Source: a virus (lineage: Duplodnaviria > Caudoviricetes). From it: 64,000 nucleotides of DNA. The translations under genes and the position numbers were made by a program. The notes under the pieces are model-generated. The model saw nothing but the letters and a program-made list of their open reading frames with translations, was not told the DNA's origin and ran no database searches. The stretch is from IMG/VR virus record IMGVR_UViG_3300016486_001578; one strand, given 5' to 3'. Each line of letters opens with the position of its first letter. The first letter of the stretch is position 1. This document shows positions 30,859 through 41,300 of the stretch, in pieces.

Positions 30859-31437
30859 TTAAATTTTATTATCAATATATTCTTTTAATTTTAATAACAT
30901 ATAATCTGTTATTAAATCCCCAGTTACCAAGGAATCTATAAATTTATAATCAACCTTTACTGATTTGCTCATTTTTTCCGCCTTTGATCCACCGCCTTTG
31001 GATATTACTTCGTGATAATCTCCCTCGTTTAGTGGTATTATAAATGGATGGTATTTATTTACATGGCCTTTGCTTATAAATAATGGTTTTAGTCTGTATT
31101 CTAAAACATAATCTTCTTTTATTACTACACCAGCCTCTTCCTCTATCTCTCTAAATAATGCTCTTTCTACTTCCTCACCATCTTCGACTCCACCACTCAA
31201 AACAGTTACCCAATATTCTCTATCTTCTACATATTTAAATGTTGGTATGTATTCATATCTTATTAAAAATTGATTAGACTCTATGAAGTATAATATACAA
31301 ACAATCATATCTTTCTCTTTAGAAATTGTCCAATCTTCGAAATTTATTATTTCCATATAATCATTTGAAAATATAACTTCACCCTTCTCTTTCTTTTTGT
31401 TAGTATCTTTTGGTTTTAACTTAGAGAACTTATCCAT
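30859..31437 (-). CDS. NUDIX hydrolase
   Basis: GGVEDGEEVERALFREIEEEAG Nudix box. Confidence 0.9.
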   Translation of the reverse strand: MDKFSKLKPKDTNKKKEKGEVIFSNDYMEIINFEDWTISKEKDMIVCILYFIESNQFLIRYEYIPTFKYVEDREYWVTVLSGGVEDGEEVERALFREIEEEAGVVIKEDYVLEYRLKPLFISKGHVNKYHPFIIPLNEGDYHEVISKGGGSKAEKMSKSVKVDYKFIDSLVTGDLITDYMLLKLKEYIDNKI

Positions 31438-31517
31438 CTTTTTAAATATTTTATTTAAGTTATATATTAATATTTAATATCTTAAAAACAAATAGTGATT
31501 GGTGCGTTATAATTTAA

Positions 31518-32137
31518 GTGATTGATATTTTTGATAAGAAAAAATAGACAAAGAATTTATAGTTTGTCATTCTGGTGGGGCCGTTGGTTCTGATTCTTTT
31601 TGGGAATCAGAGGGAGCAAAATATGGAATAAAAACAAAAGCCTATTCATATAAAACAAAAATACACAACTCTATTAATAAAGTAGAGATATCAAGAGATG
31701 ATTATTTAGAGGGAATTAATGAGGTTAAATTGGCCAATAGAGTACTTTGTAGATATGGAATAGATAAATATATGAATCTGTTAGCTAGAAATTGGGCACA
31801 AGTTAAGTATTCTGATAAACTATTTGCAATTGGTTATATTATAAATCCTGGTGAGAAAAATAAAAGAGGTTACTATAATAAGAGCGAATTTCAATCCATT
31901 GATGGAGGCACGGCATATGCTTTCAGAATGGCTATAAATAATAATAAACCTGTTTATGTATTTGACCAGGGATCAAATAGTTGGTTTAGGTGGTCATATG
32001 TATCTATGTCATTTATAAAAACAGATACGCCAATAATTGATTGTTTAAATTTTGCTGGAATAGGCACAAGAGAGCTAAGTGAGCTTGGTATGGATGCTAT
32101 AATAAACGTATATAAAAAGACCTTTAATATTTCATAA
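31518..32137 (+). CDS. SLOG/YspA-like nucleotide-binding protein; start uncertain, apparent -1 frameshift in an A6 run at 31539-31544
   Basis: The frame upstream of the 31730 ORF reads CHSGGAVGSD; later RN, GGTAYA and FAGIGTR. Confidence 0.65.
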
Positions 32138-32153
32138 TATCGATATTATTTAG

Positions 32154-32161
32154 TATATTTG
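32154..32161 (+). promoter_or_regulatory. Bacteroidota-type -7 promoter element TAnnTTTG (also 35901+, 62352+, 62807-, 63666-)
   Basis: TATATTTG or TATCTTTG sits just upstream of ORF starts in the correct orientation. Confidence 0.55.
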
Positions 32162-32166
32162 TATTC

Positions 32167-32802
32167 ATGAGATACAGAAATTATAAGTATATTTATCCAC
32201 CACGTCCAAAGAATGCTATTAGTCCTGATGATTTAGACTTTTGGGATGATGGTTCATTGATTGCTCAGCCAAAATTAAATGGCTCAAATTCTCTAATATT
32301 CACAAATGGTGTTGATGCTTATAAAATGGGCCGACATAAACAAATTTTATCTAATTTTAAACTAGATAGTAACGAAATTAAAGATATTTATAGAGGTGAT
32401 GGTTCTTGGATGGTTATAAATGGTGAATATATGAATAAATCAAAAAGTGATGAAAACCTAGAGATTTTCAATCATAAATTGGTGGTATTTGATATCCTAG
32501 TATATAACGGAAACTATATGGTTGGTTCTAAATTTTCAGATAGAGTTGACTTAATGGATGATTTGTATGGTCAAGTAAAATCAGAAAAAGAATATCTTTT
32601 CGGAATGACTGAAAACATTTATAGAGTAAAAACATATAGAAAAAACTTTAAAGGACTATTTGATAATTTTATTAAAATAGATATGTTAGAGGGTCTTGTT
32701 ATGAAAAGAGCTAATGCTAGATTGGAGAGAGGAAATAGTGAAAATAATAACCACAAAACACAAATAAAATGCCGCAAGAAAACCAAGCTTTATAAATATT
32801 AG
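32167..32802 (+). CDS. ATP-dependent ligase-like nucleotidyltransferase (adenylation domain only)
   Basis: Motif I QPKLNG, III INGE, IIIa VFDIL, IV EGLVMK, V QIKCR; no OB domain. Confidence 0.8.
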   Translation: MRYRNYKYIYPPRPKNAISPDDLDFWDDGSLIAQPKLNGSNSLIFTNGVDAYKMGRHKQILSNFKLDSNEIKDIYRGDGSWMVINGEYMNKSKSDENLEIFNHKLVVFDILVYNGNYMVGSKFSDRVDLMDDLYGQVKSEKEYLFGMTENIYRVKTYRKNFKGLFDNFIKIDMLEGLVMKRANARLERGNSENNNHKTQIKCRKKTKLYKY

Positions 32803-32876
32803 AAAAAACAGGGTTTTTTGTTTTTAATATATAATAAAAAAGATAAAAGTATACTTAATAAAAATAAATTTACAAA

Positions 32877-33092
32877 ATGAAAAACCTAATGAAATTTGAA
32901 AACTTTGGTAATAAAAAGCCAGATATTAATACTTCTAAAAAAATAGAAATATCAGAAGAACAAGCTAATCTTTTTTCCAGTGATGTAGTTTTAAGAAAAT
33001 TAGTATCAGATGATAAAGTATCATTAATGGGCACCGAAGTTTATTATGATGAAGATTCTGTTAAAACTATATTAGACCAATATTTTAATTAA
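32877..33092 (+). CDS. Hypothetical protein with MKNLMKFENF motif
   Basis: 71-aa ORF with TAATATATA upstream. Confidence 0.6.
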   Translation: MKNLMKFENFGNKKPDINTSKKIEISEEQANLFSSDVVLRKLVSDDKVSLMGTEVYYDEDSVKTILDQYFN

Positions 33093-34389
33093 GGTACCGT
33101 TTGAGCATTGATTTTATCTCAACATTTAATGCCTTCGAATCCACATTTCCATAATCTCTAAAATATGGACTAAGTGAAATTAGATCCATTTCTTCTAGAT
33201 GATAATTTCTAAATACACCATCTATATCATCAAAATCACATAAATCATCATAATCCCATTCTTTTATCCAAGAATTATCAAATCCTATTTTATAATAAGT
33301 TTCTACTACATCATATTTTGATGTATGTTTTTTACCATCTGATCTTGTATATGTGATTTCTTTTTCTATGGTCTCTTCAAATTTTGTAAATTCAAAAATT
33401 TTACCAATCTCATCTTCAAATTCGGAAATAAGAGTATCATAGTTATCATCAACATGAGCACTCATTTCCCATTCAGCTATTGTTTGCTTTATATCTGTTG
33501 AAATCTCAGATTCATTACACATCAATTCTAGGGTTCTGTGAAACCTTTCTTTTGATACCAATTCTATAAACTTATCTTCATCTACTTCATCATTATATCC
33601 AATTATATCATTGTCTATTACAATATCTTCGCCCTTTATAGATTCCCATCCTCCTGATTCCTTTATCATAGCTCTTATTAGGTATTCTAAATTTTCTTTA
33701 TCTAGGCTATATAACATAGATTGTATGTCTGTTGGTATATAATAATGTGATTCATAACTATCCCACATAATATCTCTATTAATTATCATTTCTCTATATT
33801 GATCACTCTGTAACACCTCATTAGCTAGGTCTTCTTTTGATATCTTTAAGTAGATATTCCCATAGTTATCGGACATACTATATGACCATCCATAGTATTC
33901 AGCAACTTCTTCTTCTGTGAATTCATATAATTCTTTTTCACTAGCTATTATTGATATATAATCTCTTATTTCAAATGATTCGTCTTTAACAAAGATTCCT
34001 CCTTTAAATAATAAATTTTCTTTGTCTATGCCGTTTGGCCCATCACCATCCGCTATTTGCATCTTCCCTTCTAACTTAGATTCTATCATGTCATATATAA
34101 ATAGGAAAGAATCGGTTACATCAGCCCCTTTTGTTTCATTGTCTTCTGACCAAAATGATGTTTCATAAGCTACTGGGGTTTCTACGTTTGGTAATACCTT
34201 TTCTGTGAATTCATCATCATCATCTAAGAATCCAAAATTTATGCTTGTTTTCCATCCTTCATCCTTCATATCATATAATAGCTCACTTATGTCAATATGT
34301 TCTAATTTCCATATTTGTCCTATATCCCTTATCTCCTTTTTTGATTGTGTGGACTCTCTTATGAATTCGAGGTATTTAATTATTCTCAT
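33085..34389 (-). CDS. Acidic hypothetical protein with MRIIKYLEFIRES motif
   Basis: 434-aa ORF. Confidence 0.75.
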   Translation of the reverse strand: MRIIKYLEFIRESTQSKKEIRDIGQIWKLEHIDISELLYDMKDEGWKTSINFGFLDDDDEFTEKVLPNVETPVAYETSFWSEDNETKGADVTDSFLFIYDMIESKLEGKMQIADGDGPNGIDKENLLFKGGIFVKDESFEIRDYISIIASEKELYEFTEEEVAEYYGWSYSMSDNYGNIYLKISKEDLANEVLQSDQYREMIINRDIMWDSYESHYYIPTDIQSMLYSLDKENLEYLIRAMIKESGGWESIKGEDIVIDNDIIGYNDEVDEDKFIELVSKERFHRTLELMCNESEISTDIKQTIAEWEMSAHVDDNYDTLISEFEDEIGKIFEFTKFEETIEKEITYTRSDGKKHTSKYDVVETYYKIGFDNSWIKEWDYDDLCDFDDIDGVFRNYHLEEMDLISLSPYFRDYGNVDSKALNVEIKSMLKRYLN

Positions 34390-34401
34390 ACTAGTATATA
34401 T

Positions 34402-34434
34402 AAAAAAAGGGGGCTGATAATTCAGCCCCTTTTT
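34402..34434 (-). terminator. Intrinsic terminator
   Basis: aaaaaggggctga / tcagccccttttt stem with A/T tracts. Confidence 0.8.
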
Positions 34435-34435
34435 A

Positions 34436-35302
34436 TTAAATCATATTGAGTAATTGTGTTTTCTTTTCAGTAAACTCATCCTCGGTTAATATACCGGAAT
34501 CATATAGCTTTGATAGGCCCTCTATTGTTGATATTATATCTTCGACATTTTTATTTGGTGTTTTAGATAATTTTTTTGTATCTACTGGCATACTACTCTC
34601 CGGTAATATTTTTATAGTAGTTTTGGAAATTCTAAAATTCTCAAAATCCATATCCATAGTTTCGAATTTCTGTGATGATTTTTGACCACCTTCGACTCTT
34701 CCTGTTTCTACTTTATCCATGGATAAAGTTTTCTTAGATCTGGTAGATTTTGATTTAGTTTTACTAAGTGGGTTTGATAAATCAACATCGGTGTTCATGA
34801 TATTAGATGAATACATCGCATTTGTTGAGGTGGTATTTACCATATTACTTATGTTAGTATTGGTCCCATTCGTTTGATTATAATAAACTCCTTGTTCCCA
34901 CCAACCATTGTGATACGTTGGATATGTTTTTAGATTTATCCAATTTGTCCAATTTTCTTTTTCTATTATTTCTTCTTTATAGAATTCAACTTCTAACAGA
35001 CCATTTTTTTCTGTGGCACTAATAGAATCTTTCTCATTATCTACTTCATAAGTATTGAAAACGAATTTTTTATTACTTTCTATAAAACAATCTAAGTAGA
35101 ATCTTTGTCCTGGTCTTAATATTAATCCTGATTTGGAAATTAGTGACCCATTTAATTTTATGTTTGCTAAAACACAAGTTTTTAGTGGGTTAAAGAGTTC
35201 TATTTCAAAATACTCTTTGTCTTTTAGGAAAACTTTTCCTGATTTGATTGATTTTCTCCCTCTATCTTTAGATGAGACAATCCATGCTTTTGGTTCTTTC
35301 AT
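34436..35302 (-). CDS. Hypothetical protein with C-terminal SHOCT domain
   Basis: LSKLYDSGILTEDEFTEKKTQLL. Confidence 0.7.
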   Translation of the reverse strand: MKEPKAWIVSSKDRGRKSIKSGKVFLKDKEYFEIELFNPLKTCVLANIKLNGSLISKSGLILRPGQRFYLDCFIESNKKFVFNTYEVDNEKDSISATEKNGLLEVEFYKEEIIEKENWTNWINLKTYPTYHNGWWEQGVYYNQTNGTNTNISNMVNTTSTNAMYSSNIMNTDVDLSNPLSKTKSKSTRSKKTLSMDKVETGRVEGGQKSSQKFETMDMDFENFRISKTTIKILPESSMPVDTKKLSKTPNKNVEDIISTIEGLSKLYDSGILTEDEFTEKKTQLLNMI

Positions 35303-35409
35303 TATTTATTCTTTATTTTTTTGACCCATATCTTAATTCTTTAAAAATTTCAAAGGCACACTATTGATACCCGACATGAGTTATGAACAAATTTATATAT
35401 CACTTTCTA

Positions 35410-35862
35410 TCACTCCCCTTTTAAATTCTCTCCACATTTTGGACAAAACTTAAAATTATTATTCATATAACCACATTCTGTGCAAAACTCAGATAGAGTC
35501 GTTTCTTCTTTTTGGAATAATATAACATTTTTATTCGTCTTTTCGTTACTTGATATGGTATATGACCAACCATCTGGAGTAAGCGATGAGAATATCCTTG
35601 TTCTTTTTGCTCCTTGTACATGAGCTAATAATTTTTTTATACTTTTGTATTCTGTGAAAATTCTACAAACCTCTCTTATTGTTCTTATTATAGAAATGGC
35701 CTCATTTTTATTTGCTGAACCATCAATATTGTGAAATAAAAATGCCCATATTTCGTCCTTATTATTTATCTTCGTAAATCTAACTAAATATCTAGTATTT
35801 GATTCATTCGTTCTGAAGGAAAAGGCTCCTTCTGCTTTATTTATTTCTCTAATATTATACAT
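35410..35862 (-). CDS. Hypothetical protein with C-terminal zinc ribbon
   Basis: FCTECG...FCPKCG. Confidence 0.65.
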   Translation of the reverse strand: MYNIREINKAEGAFSFRTNESNTRYLVRFTKINNKDEIWAFLFHNIDGSANKNEAISIIRTIREVCRIFTEYKSIKKLLAHVQGAKRTRIFSSLTPDGWSYTISSNEKTNKNVILFQKEETTLSEFCTECGYMNNNFKFCPKCGENLKGE

Positions 35863-35923
35863 GTTTCTCCTATATCCTTTTTATATCTATTATTTTTCCG
35901 TATATTTGTATTAAATATTATAT

Positions 35924-37000
35924 ATGAGCGTAAAAGATTTTGTATTCGAGACCTTTATAAGGTTAACATCTAGAACTTGTCCACATGGATTTGAGGACCA
36001 GTTGATTGAGGATGTTATGTCTAATTTATTACCAAATAATATAGAAAAAGATCAGTTTGGTAATTATTTCTATAAAATAGGAGACTCAAATACCATATTC
36101 GCATCACACCTTGATACAGTTTCAAAAGAATATAAGAAAGTAAATCACTTATTGGATGATAATCTAATAAAAACCGATGGTAAAACAACATTAGGTGCCG
36201 ATGATAAAGCAGGAATGACCATTATGTTATGGATGATTAAAAATGAGGTTCCTGGATTATATTACTTCTTCGTAGGAGAAGAAGTTGGTTGTATAGGATC
36301 TGGTCTTGCTTCTAAATATCTAAATTTAGGTGATAACTATGATAAAATTATATCATTTGATAGAAGAGGAACCGGATCTGTAATAACACACCAATCATAT
36401 AGTAGATCATGTTCTGATGGATTTGCTAACGACCTTTGTTCTGAATTAAATAAAAATGGATTATCCTATACAAAAGATGATGGTGGTGTTTATACTGACT
36501 CAGCAGAGTTTATGGATAGTATTTCTGAATGCACGAATATCTCTGTTGGATATTACAAAGAACACACAAATGGTGAATACCAAGATATTGACCACTTAAC
36601 TAAGTTAGCTGATGCTTGTTTACTTGTTGATTGGGAAAACTTATCAGTTATTAGAGACTTTAAAATAAGAGAGTCTAAGCCTTATAGTTATGGTGGTTGG
36701 GGTGACTGGGATGATTTCTATAGAGATGATCCTAAGCCAAAGAAGCGTAGAAAAAGAAGAAAAAATAAAAATAATTCTAAGCCAAGAGCCTTTATTGATG
36801 ATGGATCGGGTGGTCTAGAAGAAATATTTGATGAATTATTACAAAAACAAGATGATTATATCTGGATAATAAATAAATTCGACGGTGATGTTATCACCTG
36901 GAGTGATTTAGAAGTAATAAAAGATTGCTATTTACAGATGGATGATGAGGGTGATGTTATTTTTTATGAATTCTTAAAAAGTCAATTAGTAGACGTTTAA
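35924..37000 (+). CDS. M20/M28-family zinc peptidase
   Basis: SHLDTV, LGADDKAG, GEEVG, SFDRRG and EHT motifs. Confidence 0.85.
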   Translation: MSVKDFVFETFIRLTSRTCPHGFEDQLIEDVMSNLLPNNIEKDQFGNYFYKIGDSNTIFASHLDTVSKEYKKVNHLLDDNLIKTDGKTTLGADDKAGMTIMLWMIKNEVPGLYYFFVGEEVGCIGSGLASKYLNLGDNYDKIISFDRRGTGSVITHQSYSRSCSDGFANDLCSELNKNGLSYTKDDGGVYTDSAEFMDSISECTNISVGYYKEHTNGEYQDIDHLTKLADACLLVDWENLSVIRDFKIRESKPYSYGGWGDWDDFYRDDPKPKKRRKRRKNKNNSKPRAFIDDGSGGLEEIFDELLQKQDDYIWIINKFDGDVITWSDLEVIKDCYLQMDDEGDVIFYEFLKSQLVDV

Positions 37001-37209
37001 CGGTAATTGTCTATTATTTTTGATGTTGTTATAACTTCCTCTGGAGCATTTTGTATTTCGGACTCTTCTATATCATGTGATATCCTCATAGACCTTTTTG
37101 ATATCTTTTCAACTATTTTAACTGGTGTTATCATAGAGTTGTACCAATACTCTATTAATACAATTTGCCCTTCTTCATAAAATGATTTATACTCTAGTAG
37201 AAATTTCAT
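36997..37209 (-). CDS. Small SH3/Tudor-like hypothetical protein
   Basis: 70 aa; MKFLLEYKSF start; TAATATATA upstream. Confidence 0.55.
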   Translation of the reverse strand: MKFLLEYKSFYEEGQIVLIEYWYNSMITPVKIVEKISKRSMRISHDIEESEIQNAPEEVITTSKIIDNYR

Positions 37210-37327
37210 AAGTTATATATTATAATAACAAAGTTATAAATATAAATTGTGGAATTTTTGATTTTTTAGAGCATCGGTAATATGGGTATGTTGTAAAAAA
37301 TAATATATTATAATAAAAAACGTTCAT

Positions 37328-38074
37328 ATGCGGAAAAAAAATAATTCAACCAAAAAAGAAGATTTCAAAGAAGATTTTAAACTAGTGCCGGAATTTAGCA
37401 TAAATTGTAAATTTAGAAATAAAAAACAAAAAGAATTATATAATACAATAATAGATAATCGAATAACATTTATAAGAGGAGCCGCAGGTACTGGTAAAAC
37501 ACTAGTCTCTTTGTTGACTGCATTAGGATGTTTGAAAAATAAAAGCATAAATATAGACCAGATAGTTTTAACTAAGCCCATTGTTGAAATAACATCTAGT
37601 CGAAATGGACTAGGTGCTCTACCTGGTGATGTTAATGAAAAAACACTGAGTTATTATACACACTTCTATGATAATCTAATAAAATTAATAGGCAATGAAA
37701 CAACAAAACATCTAAAAAGTAATGGATTTATTAAAGAAACGCTTTTAAATTACTTAAGAGGATCTACATTTGGTAAATGGGATTCCAATGGGAACCCAAT
37801 TGGCTCTTTCTGTATCTTTGATGAGGCACAAAATTGTTCAAGTGTTGAAATGAAAACATTTATATCCAGAATGGGTGAGGAATCTAAATTAGTTATAATG
37901 GGTGATTCTGACCAAATCGATTTAAAACTTGGTCGTAATGAGAAATGTGGATTAGATGATGCTTGGGATAGATTATCTGGAATAGATGGAATAGGTTTTT
38001 TTGAATTTACAGAAGATGATATAGTAAGAGACCCCTTCTTAATAGAAATAATGAAGAGATACAAAGAACAATAA
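37328..38074 (+). CDS. phoH: PhoH-family ATPase
   Basis: GAAGTGKT, LGALPG, YLRGSTF, DEAQN, SRMGE, GDSDQID and DIVR. Confidence 0.95.
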   Translation: MRKKNNSTKKEDFKEDFKLVPEFSINCKFRNKKQKELYNTIIDNRITFIRGAAGTGKTLVSLLTALGCLKNKSINIDQIVLTKPIVEITSSRNGLGALPGDVNEKTLSYYTHFYDNLIKLIGNETTKHLKSNGFIKETLLNYLRGSTFGKWDSNGNPIGSFCIFDEAQNCSSVEMKTFISRMGEESKLVIMGDSDQIDLKLGRNEKCGLDDAWDRLSGIDGIGFFEFTEDDIVRDPFLIEIMKRYKEQ

Positions 38075-38082
38075 TATATAGA

Positions 38083-38337
38083 TTGAAAATTATATTAAAT
38101 ATTTTGGAAAATCAAAAAATATCTGATAAAAAAAATAAATTGTTATATAAATTGATTTTCGCAGAGAGTGATGAATTTAATATAGATATTGCTGATTATG
38201 TGTCGGATATTTATGATTATGATGATTTTGTGTCGGATATCAAATCTATATTGAAAAAATCTAAGGTTGTTGTTATTAGTAGTGATGTTAAGCTTGATAG
38301 CAAAACAGCAATTTGGTATTTAAAAGTTAGGAAGTAA
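38083..38337 (+). CDS. Hypothetical protein
   Basis: 84-aa ORF with an internal D(Y/F)VSDI duplication. Confidence 0.55.
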   Translation: MKIILNILENQKISDKKNKLLYKLIFAESDEFNIDIADYVSDIYDYDDFVSDIKSILKKSKVVVISSDVKLDSKTAIWYLKVRK

Positions 38338-38341
38338 AATT

Positions 38342-41300
38342 ATGTGGGCATATAGTAGTGATTATAATAGGTGGGAGAAAAAAACTAATAATTTAAATTT
38401 AGATGAATTTCAATACTTTAAGCAAGAAATGGACTCATTTAGATTTTATTCTAAATGTTTAAGTGGTTCTTCTTATATACCAATTAATGATACTTCGGAT
38501 ATTTATGATATACTTACCGATCAAAAGCCAAAAAATTGGTATATTGGTAATACGTCCTCGCAATATTCTAGTTCTCAGATACCAAATGAGTATGCTGAAA
38601 ATATAATAGGAACATCATCTGAGTATTATAAAAAATACCTACCAGAATATGGATTAACTTTAAAGAATTTATTTACTCCTGAGAGAATAATAAAAGATTC
38701 TATAGATAATTTCATCTATGTTGACTTAGCTACAAATGAACAATTATCTGACTTATATGATGAGGTAATAAATAGAAAAATAGATGGTGTTAGGCTATTT
38801 GAGGGTAGCAGAGTACTTATTAAGAACCAAAAATCAAATGTTGTTATATCTAGTTCGGTTGATCCAGATGATTATTTTATTTCTGAATATACGGAAATAA
38901 ATACAGTTGGAACAAACACCGAATACGAGTACTACAATGAAGATAATGGAATATACATTTACTCTGATAATATATTAGTCAGAGAGAGTGACTTGGATAT
39001 TTATGAAAATTGTGTTAGGTTTAGTGTTTGTGTTAAGATGGGAACTAATAATGCAGGTAAACAATTCCATTTATCTAGATTATTAAATGGTTATTATCCA
39101 AATACATTAGAAAACAATCCTATTTTATTTAAGGAGAAAAAAAATTGGGTAATAAGAAATAAAGTTGATTATAATAATCTATTCGATATAAATTACTATG
39201 GTACACTAAAACACGGAACTCAATCTTATGAGTTGGGTGGTATAACCTACTCAATTCCAGAAAGGACAATTTCAATTGGTGAGTTTGGTGTAATTATAAA
39301 TAACCAATCATCATATTCTAATATTATTAGAAATAAGTATAAGGTTAATCTTAGAAGTATAGGCCAAACAGATGCTTATTATTGGATAGTTGGTGATGAT
39401 GGTACACTACTAAGGGTAAGAAAACATGATTTTAATATAGAAAATATAGAAGTTGATTGTAAGTGTCCTAGAAAAAATGTAACCACAAATTTAAGATCTG
39501 TTTCTTTTTTCAATAATCTAAATGGAGTAGTTGTTGGTGATCTAAATACTATATTAATAACAAATGATGGTGGTATAAAATGGGAAAGGCACTTAATAAG
39601 CGCCTTTGACGCTTTCTATTATAATAAAGTTTATTTTAATGATATTAATAATTTCTATATTGGTGGAAACAATGGCGTTTTTATACATTTTAAAAAAGAT
39701 ATAAATAATTGGACAGCATATAAAAGAAGAATATCTAAATTTATTGATGATGAGGATGAGTTTTTGTTGGTTGATAATATAAATGATATATTAAAAACTG
39801 ATGTTGATACTTGGTCACCCTATTATCAATTTTTTACACAATCTACATCGACTAACAAAGAGTTGTTATTTTTGGTAACTGATAATAATAATATCATTTT
39901 ACATGATATAGATAACTCAATTCCATTTCATACTGATTTTATGTATTTAGAAATGGATGATATAGATTATGGTGATATAAAGACAATCGAAAAAAGGTTT
40001 GGTGAAGATAAATTCTACTTTACTGGTTATGATAAGATCAATGAGGAATCTGGTATATTTTCTTTCCAGTTGTCTAATTTCGATAGTATAGGATTTGGTA
40101 ATTCATTTTCGAATAGGATATACTCGACATTCAGTGCTTATTTTGAGTCCGATAGTTATCCAAATGATATTTTTGATTATAAAGGTGATGAGCTAATTTT
40201 ATCTGGTAATAACTCAATGTTATTATCATCGACCTATAGTGCTACATTTAGCTTTTCTAATATAGATGATGAATTAGAATCTAGGTTAAGGTCAAAATTA
40301 TTATTTTTGGATTATGATGTAGCATCTAAATTAAACTTTTTTACAGATGAAGGAGAATATAGGCTACCAAGTTCTGTTGAATTTGGATTCACACAATCTA
40401 TAAATAATTACTTTGGTTTCGCCCCGATAGTACATCCGAGTGAATCTCCTAGTTTTTTGACACAATCGGAAATAAATTGGTGGGAATATTGGAGAGATTC
40501 TGAATCCACTTTTGAGTATTATTCTTATCCTCAACAAATGACAGATGCTACAAAGGTTTTAATATCTAGTTATTTTTCAACAACAGATTCTGATATTGAT
40601 GAGATGGTAATAAATACTATTTCAAAAAATTCATCTGATATATTAAATCTAGCACCGACTATATTGGATGCTGGACATAGTAGATTTAATGGATTACTTT
40701 CCTCCCCTATATCTTCTCCCATAATTGATTATGATATGTATTTATATGATTATTTGATGGTCATAAGAACCAATGCTACGAATAACTTAGTAGCTGAGGT
40801 TGGTGATATGATTAGATTAGAAAGTGATGAAGTTATGGATAACTTTTTAGTAAATAAAAAAATAACATTGGGTGCCAATTCATACATATATCTATTCTCT
40901 GAATTTAGCGATGGAGTAATTAATTCTTTGGTGAATTCTAGTAATATTGTAGTTAAGAATCTTAATAAATTCTCTGATATGATTGAACTAGAATATAGAT
41001 TTAATTTACACCCTATATCAAATGGTTATGATCTATATGTAGATGATCAAGATTTTGTTGAAATATCTGCAAAGTTTAATAATTTAACATCTTATTATAA
41101 CCTAGGAACACAAATATATGGCAACTTAGGAACACAATCAATGGTATATAAAGATAGATTTTTGAAATTCGGATATAAACCAACTTACAATTTATTGGAT
41201 TACCTAGAAGGAATAAATGATAGTTTAATAAATGCTAAATTCTCAAAAAATAAAGAATTTTTATCTATGCCTATTTATAATAATATTCCTGTTGGGTCTA

